From assembly GCA_963843845.1 (NCBI GenBank), contig CAWJMB010000002.1, positions 1,344,001-1,408,000 of the forward strand: a DNA stretch of 64,000 bases, in the 5' to 3' direction. Origin of the DNA: an uncultured Gemmatimonadaceae bacterium (GTDB lineage Bacteria; Gemmatimonadota; Gemmatimonadetes; Gemmatimonadales; Gemmatimonadaceae). How positions within the stretch are numbered: the first letter of the stretch is position 1; each line of letters opens with the position of its first letter. This document shows positions 56,839 to 64,000 of the stretch, piece by piece. The notes under the pieces were generated by a model. The model worked only from the letters and a program-made list of their open reading frames with translations. It searched no databases and was not told the origin of the DNA. A program made the translations under genes and the position numbers.

Positions 56839-59800
56839 TTACGCCCGAACGAAACGTACGCGGTCGTCGCCGAGCAGCGCGCGGAGCTCGTTCAGCACCG
56901 CGTTCGACGGGGCGACGGCGACGGAGCGCGAGCGGAAGCGCGCGGTCGTGCCGGCGCGGGTGTCGCGCCATCGCAGCTCGATCGGCGTCGTGCCGGGGTA
57001 CGCCTCGCACGCGGCGCGCACGTCGTGCATGACACCGGGGGTGAGGCCGGTGCCCGGTCCGAGATCGATGACGATCGCGATCTGCCCGCCGACGCGCTTC
57101 TCGGCGAGGCGCGTGATCTTCTCGACGATGAACGTCGGGCTCTCGGCGCCCTGGTCGCGCTTGCCATAGCTCCCCTCGACGAGCACCGGGACGTCAGTCG
57201 CAACGGTCGGGGCGAGTGCGGCCCACGCCTCGGGGAAGACGAGCACCTCGGTGGACCCCGAGAAGTCCTCGAGCGTGAGACGCGCGTACTCGGCGCCGCT
57301 GCGCTTCGAGATCTGCTTCTTCACCGCGGTGATGACGCAGGCGAGCGTCATGCGGTCCGGCTTCCACGCCCCGAGCTCCGCGACCTTCTGGGTCGCGAAG
57401 ATCTCCGCCTCGGCGCGGAACGGCTCGAGCGGGTGGCCGGAGACGTAGAAGCCGAGGATCTCCTTCTCGCGGGCGAGGCGGTCGCTCTCGTTCCACGACG
57501 GCACGTTCGGCAGCGTCGGCTTGTGCGCGTTCGCCGTCGCCTCGCTCGCCGCGTTCCCGTCGCCGAAGAGCGACAGCACGCCGCGCTGCTCCTCGTCCTG
57601 CTTGAGTGACGCGCCGGAGATCGCGCTGTCGAGCGCCGCGACGTACTGCGCGCGGTGACCGCCGACGCCGTCGAGCGCGCCGGCGCCGATGAGCGCCTCG
57701 AACACGCGCTTGTTGCAGGCGCGCAGATCGACGCGCTCGACGAAGTCGAAGAACGACGCGTACGGGCCGTCGGCCGCGCGACTCACGAGCACCGACTCGA
57801 CGGCGCCGTGTCCGACGTTGCGCACGGCCCCGAGCCCGAATCGGATGCGGTTCTCGCCGACGACGGTGAACTTGTAGCCGCTCTCGTTCACGTCCGGCGG
57901 CAGCACATCGATCCCCATCTCGCGCGTCTCGGCGACGTACTTCACGACGCTGTCGGTGTCACCGATGCAGCTCGAGAGTAGCGCGGCCATGAAGTCGGCC
58001 GGATAGTTCGCCTTGAGATACGCGGTGTGATACGAGACGATGGAGTACGCGACCGAGTGTGACTTGTTGAATCCGTACCGCCCGAACGTCTCGATCTGGC
58101 TCGCGATGTCGGTGATCACGGCGCGGTCGTGTCCGCGCGCGATCGACTTCTCGGTGAACTTGCCGAGCTCCGCGCGGATCAATTCCGCGTCCTTCTTCCC
58201 GACCGCCTTGCGCAGCACGTCGGCCTCGGCGAGCGAGATGCCGGCGAGCGTCTGCGCGATGCGCATCACCTGCTCCTGGTAGGTGATGACGCCCTGCGTC
58301 TCGCGGAGGATCGGCTCGAGCTCGGGGAGCGCGTACGACACCGCCTCCTCGCCACGTTTCCGCTTGATGTAGACCTTGTGCATCCCGGTGTCGAGCGGTC
58401 CCGGGCGGAGCAGCGCGTTCGACGCGACGAGGTCGTCGAAGCGGTCGCAGCGCATCTGGCGGAGCACGTCGGTCGCGAGCGGCGACTCGAACTGGAAGAC
58501 TCCCGCGGTGCGTCCCGAGCGCAGCATCGCGTACGTCTTCGCGTCGTCGAGCGCGAGGGTGTCGAGGTCGAGCCACCGACCCGTGCGCGCCTGGATGGAC
58601 GTGAGCGCGTCGTGGATGACGGTGAGCGTCGTCAGCCCGAGGAAGTCCATCTTCAACATGCCCGCCTTTTCCAGCGCGTTCATGTCGTACTGCGCGACGG
58701 TGATCTTCTCGTCGCCGCTGTCGCCGCCGGCCCCCTTCGAGGCCTGCGTGCAGATCGGCACGAACTCGTGCACCGGGCCGGGCGCGATGACGACGCCCGC
58801 CGCGTGCACGCCGGTGTGGCGGCTCAAGCCTTCGAGCGCGCGGGCGTAGTCGAGCAGCTCGTGGTAGCGCTCGTCGTCGCGATACTGCCGGGCGACGTCC
58901 GGCACCTGCTCGATCGCCTCGGCGATCGTGAGCGAGTGGTTCGGCGCGTTCGGGATGAGCTTCGCGAGCGCGTCCGTCTCCGCCGGCGTGAAGCCGAGCA
59001 CGCGGCCGACGTCCTTCACGGCGGCGCGCGACTTCATCGTGCCGAACGTCACGATCTGGCAGACCGATTCCTTGCCGTACTTCTGCCGCACGTACTCGAT
59101 GACCTCGCCGCGCCGCTCGAAGCAGAAGTCGACGTCGACGTCGGGCATCGACACGCGCTCCGGATTCAGGAAGCGCTCGAACAGCAAGTCGAACTCGAGC
59201 GGGCACACGTTCGTGATGCCCAACGCGTAGGCGACCAGCGAGCCCGCCGCCGAGCCGCGCCCGGGGCCGACGGGGATGCCGCGATCACGCGCCGCCTTGA
59301 TGAAGTCGGCGACGATGAGGAAGTACCCCGCGTACCCCGTCTGCAGGATCACGCCGAGCTCGTAGTCGAGGCGCGCTTTCACCTCGGGCGCGAGCTCGCC
59401 GTCGGCCGCGCCGCGTTTGCCGGCGTAGCGCGCGTACGTCCCGTCGGTCGCCAGCTTCGCCAGCAGGTCGTTCTCGGTCGCGACGCCCTGGGGGAGCGGG
59501 AAGGACGGGACGTGGTACTTCTTGCCGAACTGGACGTCGACTTCGTCGGCGATCCGCAGCGTGTTCTCGACGACGTCGCCGCGTCCGGCGAAGCGCTCGC
59601 CGATCTCCGCGTGGCTCTTGAAGTAGAGCCCGCGGTCGTAATGCATCCGGTCGGCGTCGTTCCGGTCCTTGCCGAGCCCGATGCAGAGCAGCACGTCGTG
59701 CGCGTCGTGGTCGTCGCGCTTCAGGAAGTGCGCGTCGTTCGTCGCGATGACCGGAAGGCCGATCTCGCCGGACAGGCGAAAGATCTTCTCGTTCAGCGTC

Positions 59801-60351
59801 GACTGCCCGGCGGAGTCGTGCGCCTGCACTTCGAGGTAATACCGGTCCTTGAAGACGTTCGCATACCACGCCGCCGCCTCTCTCGCCGCCTCCCAGCGGT
59901 CGTCCATGAGGTGCCCGGCGACCTCCCCGGCGAGGCACGCGGACGACACGATCAGCCCCTCGCTGTGCGCCGCGAGCAGCTCGCGGTCGATGCGCGGCTT
60001 CACGTAGAACCCTTCGGTGTACGCGAGGGAGCTCAGCTTCACCAGGTTCTTGTAGCCCACGGCGTCGCGGGCGAGCAGCACGAGGTGGTAGTAGGGCTTC
60101 GCGCCGGGGGCGGGGCGGCTGCGCTCACGTCGCGACCCCGTCGCGACGTACGCCTCCATCCCCATGATCGGCTTCACCTTCGCCTTCCGCGCCTTCTCCT
60201 GAAACTCCCACGCGGCGTGCATGTTACCGTGGTCGGTAATCGCCAGTGCGGGCTGTTCCAGCTCGATGGCGCGGCGGATCAGGTCGTCGATCCGGTTCGC
60301 GCCGTCGAGGAGCGAATACTCGGAGTGGCAGTGCAAGTGTACGAATGACAT
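56839..60351 (-). CDS. dnaE: DNA polymerase III alpha subunit
   Basis: HLHCHSEYSLLDG, GPGRGSAAGS, FERFLNPERVSMPDVDVDF, KMDFLGL, YGFNKSH; ATG at 60351. Confidence 0.98.
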   Translation of the reverse strand: MSFVHLHCHSEYSLLDGANRIDDLIRRAIELEQPALAITDHGNMHAAWEFQEKARKAKVKPIMGMEAYVATGSRRERSRPAPGAKPYYHLVLLARDAVGYKNLVKLSSLAYTEGFYVKPRIDRELLAAHSEGLIVSSACLAGEVAGHLMDDRWEAAREAAAWYANVFKDRYYLEVQAHDSAGQSTLNEKIFRLSGEIGLPVIATNDAHFLKRDDHDAHDVLLCIGLGKDRNDADRMHYDRGLYFKSHAEIGERFAGRGDVVENTLRIADEVDVQFGKKYHVPSFPLPQGVATENDLLAKLATDGTYARYAGKRGAADGELAPEVKARLDYELGVILQTGYAGYFLIVADFIKAARDRGIPVGPGRGSAAGSLVAYALGITNVCPLEFDLLFERFLNPERVSMPDVDVDFCFERRGEVIEYVRQKYGKESVCQIVTFGTMKSRAAVKDVGRVLGFTPAETDALAKLIPNAPNHSLTIAEAIEQVPDVARQYRDDERYHELLDYARALEGLSRHTGVHAAGVVIAPGPVHEFVPICTQASKGAGGDSGDEKITVAQYDMNALEKAGMLKMDFLGLTTLTVIHDALTSIQARTGRWLDLDTLALDDAKTYAMLRSGRTAGVFQFESPLATDVLRQMRCDRFDDLVASNALLRPGPLDTGMHKVYIKRKRGEEAVSYALPELEPILRETQGVITYQEQVMRIAQTLAGISLAEADVLRKAVGKKDAELIRAELGKFTEKSIARGHDRAVITDIASQIETFGRYGFNKSHSVAYSIVSYHTAYLKANYPADFMAALLSSCIGDTDSVVKYVAETREMGIDVLPPDVNESGYKFTVVGENRIRFGLGAVRNVGHGAVESVLVSRAADGPYASFFDFVERVDLRACNKRVFEALIGAGALDGVGGHRAQYVAALDSAISGASLKQDEEQRGVLSLFGDGNAASEATANAHKPTLPNVPSWNESDRLAREKEILGFYVSGHPLEPFRAEAEIFATQKVAELGAWKPDRMTLACVITAVKKQISKRSGAEYARLTLEDFSGSTEVLVFPEAWAALAPTVATDVPVLVEGSYGKRDQGAESPTFIVEKITRLAEKRVGGQIAIVIDLGPGTGLTPGVMHDVRAACEAYPGTTPIELRWRDTRAGTTARFRSRSVAVAPSNAVLNELRALLGDDRVRFVRA

Positions 60352-60394
60352 CGGATCGTAGAATAGCCGTGCCGCACCCCCCCTGTCAAAGCGC

Positions 60395-62710
60395 GTGTTG
60401 CTGCGCAGAGTGGTCCTAAGTTCAAGATTGGCAAGCAGTTGCCTCGGTTCGATCGGGGCCTGCGCCGCGCTCCTGCTCGGAGGCGCGTGCGGCGGCCCCG
60501 ACCCGGCCGAGCCGCTGCCGTTGTATACCGTCGCCCACGGGGTGGGCGGCGTGCTGACCGCGCCGGCCGGCAGTGAGCTGCCGCAGGCGCTCACGGTGCT
60601 CGTCCGCACGCCCGACAGTCTCCCGGCGCGCGGGGTCGCGGTGCGCTTCGAGATCGTGGCCGGACGCGGCGCCACGTTGAGCGATACGCTCGTCGCCACG
60701 AACGCTGCCGGGATCGGCACCACCCGGCTGCGACTGGGGGGCACGACGGACACGGTGGTGATCGCCGGAAGCGTGCGCGGACAGGAAGATCGCGGCGTCA
60801 CGTTCTTCGTTCGCGCGACGCCGGGCGCGGCGCTCGTCTCGGCGCAGCCGGCGTCGCTCGCATCGGGGGACACGGTCACGCTGCGCGGGCGGGGGCTCAC
60901 CGCGGCGGGCGTGGGCGCGATCGACGTGCTGTTCGGGACGGCGCGCGGCCGGCTCGCGGCACCGGCCAGCGACACGCTCCTCCGCGTCGTCGTGCCGCCG
61001 TGCCTGCCGGCGGGCGCGGTCGCCGTCACCGTCCGCGCCGGATCGGCACTGACGAACGCGCTCGTCGTGCCGAGCGCCGGTGCGGTGGCGCCACTCGCGC
61101 TCGCGGTCGGGGAGGGGGCGACCGTCCGAGGAAGCGAGATGGGCTGCCTGCGGTTCGCCGCCGAGTCGCAGCGGTTCATCGTCATCCCCCAGTTCGCTCC
61201 GTTCACCGACACGGTCCCGACGACGCGTCCCTTCGCGCTCACGGCCGACGCGCCACTGGTCGCGATCGCCGACGGCGAGGTGGCGGCGGCTGCCAGGCCG
61301 GCCGGGAGCGCCACCGTCTCCACGCGCGCGACGTTCGAGGGAATGCTGCGCGCGGCCGAACAGGCGGCGGCACGATCGATCGTCGAGGCGTCCGGCCGCG
61401 ATGCGCTTCGCGTTCCGGGCGACGAGCGGTCGGCCGACCCCGCGCGCCGCTCGCTGCTGCTCGCCCCCGCGACGCCGCCGACCCCGCCCACGCCGCCCCC
61501 GTTCGGCAGCACGCGCGCCTTCCAGGTGCTGACGCGCCTCGACGGCACCGCCTTCGCCACGACGACGGGGCGGCTGCGCTACGCCGGCGCGCACATCCTC
61601 GTCTACGAGGACGTCGACGCGCCGGCGCCGCTCGTCGACTCGACCGTGGCTGCGTTGGGTGCGCTGTTCGATGCGACGCTCTACGACCTCGACGTCAGCA
61701 CGTTCGGCGCCGAATCCGACATCGACGGCAACGGCCGCGTGGTCGTGCTCCTCACGCCCCTCGTGAACGCGCTGACGCCGGCGGTGCAGTGCGCGGCGAG
61801 CGGGTTCGTGCCGGGCTTCTTCTACGGCGTCGACCTCGACACGCGCCACAAGAACTCGAACAAGGGCGAGATCTTCTACGCCTTCGTGCCCGACCCGCAG
61901 GCGCGGCGCAGTTGCGCGCAGTCGCTGACCACCGTGCTCGGTCTGCTCCCGGCGACGTTCCTGCACGAGTTCCAGCACATGATCTCGTTCAACCAGCACG
62001 TGCTCGTGCGGCGCGCCGGCACCGAACAGGTGTGGTTGAACGAGGGGCTGAGCCACTTCGCCGAGGAGCTCGGCGCGAGGCACTACGACGCCCGTCTGCC
62101 GGCCCCGCGCGGCCGCACGTTCGCCACGCAACTGCTCCCCGACTCGGCGGTCCCGTTCATCCGCGGGAACCTCGAGAACGCGGCGCTCTGGCTCATCACC
62201 CCGTTCACGAACTCGCTCATCGCGTACCGCGGCTTCGGCACGCTCGAGGAGCGCGGCGTCGCGTGGCTGTTCGTGCGCTGGCTGGGAGCGCAGAAGGGCG
62301 ACGCGGTGTACGCCCGCCTCGTGCAGAGCGGGCTGCGCGGCGGGCAGAACGTCGAGTCGGCGACCGGCGAGAGCTTCGCGTCGCTGTTCGCGGACTTCTC
62401 GATCGCGGTCTACGCCGACAGCATTCCGGGCGTCGCGCGCAGCGTGGTGCCGTTGCGCTACCGACTCGGGCCGCGGACGCTACGCGAGCTGGTGACGCGC
62501 GTATCGAGTCGGTCGAGCTTTCCCCTGACGCTGCGGAGCGGCCCGGCCGTCGGGACGAGCGTCTCGAGCGCCCTCGTGCAGGACGGCGCGGGGTACTACC
62601 TGGTGACCGTGCCACGCGGCGGTCTCACGCTCCGCTACACGGCGCCGAACGACGCGCCCTTCCCGCCGCCGCTCGTGCCGCAGCTCGGCGTCGTGCGCAT
62701 CACGCCGTAA
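60395..62710 (+). CDS. Lipoprotein with Ig-like/IPT domains and an M30-like zinc metallopeptidase domain
   Basis: GGAC lipobox; SDIDGNGRV, FLHEFQHMI, WLNEGLSH; start uncertain. Confidence 0.8.
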   Translation: MLLRRVVLSSRLASSCLGSIGACAALLLGGACGGPDPAEPLPLYTVAHGVGGVLTAPAGSELPQALTVLVRTPDSLPARGVAVRFEIVAGRGATLSDTLVATNAAGIGTTRLRLGGTTDTVVIAGSVRGQEDRGVTFFVRATPGAALVSAQPASLASGDTVTLRGRGLTAAGVGAIDVLFGTARGRLAAPASDTLLRVVVPPCLPAGAVAVTVRAGSALTNALVVPSAGAVAPLALAVGEGATVRGSEMGCLRFAAESQRFIVIPQFAPFTDTVPTTRPFALTADAPLVAIADGEVAAAARPAGSATVSTRATFEGMLRAAEQAAARSIVEASGRDALRVPGDERSADPARRSLLLAPATPPTPPTPPPFGSTRAFQVLTRLDGTAFATTTGRLRYAGAHILVYEDVDAPAPLVDSTVAALGALFDATLYDLDVSTFGAESDIDGNGRVVVLLTPLVNALTPAVQCAASGFVPGFFYGVDLDTRHKNSNKGEIFYAFVPDPQARRSCAQSLTTVLGLLPATFLHEFQHMISFNQHVLVRRAGTEQVWLNEGLSHFAEELGARHYDARLPAPRGRTFATQLLPDSAVPFIRGNLENAALWLITPFTNSLIAYRGFGTLEERGVAWLFVRWLGAQKGDAVYARLVQSGLRGGQNVESATGESFASLFADFSIAVYADSIPGVARSVVPLRYRLGPRTLRELVTRVSSRSSFPLTLRSGPAVGTSVSSALVQDGAGYYLVTVPRGGLTLRYTAPNDAPFPPPLVPQLGVVRITP

Positions 62711-63844
62711 GTGGACCGTCCGGCACGTGCGTCGTCCGTGAAGCACCGGTCGCCGACGCGTCGGCTCGTCGTGCGAGTCGCGACGATCGTCGGCGGGTTG
62801 CTCGGGCTGGTCGTGCTCGGGCTGAGCGTGTTCCCGACTGGCCGCTATCTGCTGCGGTCGGGGTGGGAGGAGGCGTACATCCTCGCGCGCCGGCGCAGCA
62901 TCGCGTCGATCGTGAACGACAGCACGAGTGCCGATTCGGTCGACGCCCGCACGCGCGCGAAGCTGCGGCTCGTTCTCGAGGCGCGTCGCTTCGCGGCCGA
63001 CTCGATCGGGCTCGACGCGGGCGAGAGCTTCACCCTCTACTCGGACATCGGCCGGGACACGCTCGTCCTCGTGCTCTCCGGGGCGCGGCGCGACCGGCTC
63101 GAGGCGTACACGTGGTGGTTCCCGATCGTCGGGCGCGTGCCCTACAAGGGGTGGTTCGACGTCGCCGCGTCGCGGCGCGCGGCGAACGATCTGAAGTCGC
63201 GCGGCTTCGACGTCTACCTGCGGCCATCGGCGGCGTTCAGCACACTCGGCTGGTTCAACGACCCGCTCCTGAACACGACGCTCCGCGCCGACATGCTCGA
63301 CCTCGCGAACACGGTCGTGCACGAGCTGACGCACAACACGTTCTACGCGTCGGGGCAGGCGGGGTTCAACGAGTCATTCGCGAGCTTCGTCGGCGCGCGC
63401 GGCTCGGCGCGGCTCTTCCGCGCCCGCGGCGACTCCGCTCGCGCGAAGGAGGCGGACCGACGCTGGGTGCAGGACCAGCGCCTCGCGGCGTTCTGGACCG
63501 CGGTCGCGCGCTCGCTCGACTCGGCGTATGCGGCCGCGGGGCCGGACAGCATGACGCGGGTGCGCGCCGCCGACAGCGTGTACGCGAGGGCGCGCGTCAC
63601 GCTCGTGAACGACATCGCCCCGGCCGTCGGCGCGACGGCGCGCTGGGCGTCGCGCATGCAGCTCGACAACGCCGCGCTGCTCGCGCGCCTCACCTACGGG
63701 CGCGACCTGCCGCTCTTCGACAGCGTGTGGGTCCGGGAGGGGCGCGACCTTCGGCGCAGCGTGCGCCGCATCGTCGCGCTCGCGAAGTCGGAGCCGAACG
63801 ACCCGTACGCCGCCGTCCGCGCCTGGCTCGGTGGCGTGCGATGA
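62711..63844 (+). CDS. Predicted zinc aminopeptidase
   Basis: WWFPIVGRVPYKG, AFSTLGWFNDP, VHELTH, FNESFA. Confidence 0.85.
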   Translation: MDRPARASSVKHRSPTRRLVVRVATIVGGLLGLVVLGLSVFPTGRYLLRSGWEEAYILARRRSIASIVNDSTSADSVDARTRAKLRLVLEARRFAADSIGLDAGESFTLYSDIGRDTLVLVLSGARRDRLEAYTWWFPIVGRVPYKGWFDVAASRRAANDLKSRGFDVYLRPSAAFSTLGWFNDPLLNTTLRADMLDLANTVVHELTHNTFYASGQAGFNESFASFVGARGSARLFRARGDSARAKEADRRWVQDQRLAAFWTAVARSLDSAYAAAGPDSMTRVRAADSVYARARVTLVNDIAPAVGATARWASRMQLDNAALLARLTYGRDLPLFDSVWVREGRDLRRSVRRIVALAKSEPNDPYAAVRAWLGGVR

Positions 63845-63875
63845 GCCAGGCGGCCGGTCGGCGATCGTCAGGCGC

Positions 63876-64000
63876 TCACTTCTCGGGACGCAGGTAGAAG
63901 CGCGCGACGTTCGCCGGGTCGAGGTACTTCCGCGCCGCGTCGCGAATCATCTCCGGCGTGAGCGACGCGATCATCCGGTCGTAGTCGGCGAGGAGCCCGC
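63876..64000 (-). CDS. C-terminus of a probable M16 (PqqL-like) peptidase, truncated by the window edge
   Basis: ...DYDRMIASLTPEMIRDAARKYLDPANVARFYLRPEK*. Confidence 0.6.
   Translation of the reverse strand, partial: GLLADYDRMIASLTPEMIRDAARKYLDPANVARFYLRPEK

Noticed and set aside
60352..61560. 400-aa N-terminal extension of DnaE in the 1573-aa ORF
   Set aside because: It is the antisense shadow of the peptidase gene; DnaE begins at MSFVHLHCH. No intein was seen.

Overview
High-GC chromosomal core region of a diderm bacterium. Gemmatimonadota-like affiliation is inferred from gene style and content and was not confirmed by search. In order it holds: MPG glycosylase, HIRAN protein, tdh-ankyrin-kbl, a pentapeptide-repeat histone H1-like protein, a 51-aa ORF missing from the ORF track, mutM and an RlmI-type methyltransferase; a 23S-5S rRNA unit with its own tandem promoters and no linked 16S; HD-GYP, mltG-ruvX-rho, MlaD, six tRNAs, a sigma-70 factor, MlaF and a Nudix hydrolase; an F1-only atpAGDC operon preceded by a Rex-like operator; a ~20 kb outer-membrane locus (two SusC/SusD pairs, DUF4397-like lipoprotein, two barrel-less plug proteins, a His-motif membrane protein and a double FG-GAP/ASPIC protein); REC plus EAL signalling genes, waaA, DsbA, TPM-nucleotidyltransferase-LemA, metG, ricT, accA, dnaE and a metallopeptidase cluster. 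Genes between ~48.9 and 56.3 kb carry many single-base lesions that look like consensus sequencing errors. No CRISPR array, transposase, integrase or prophage was seen.
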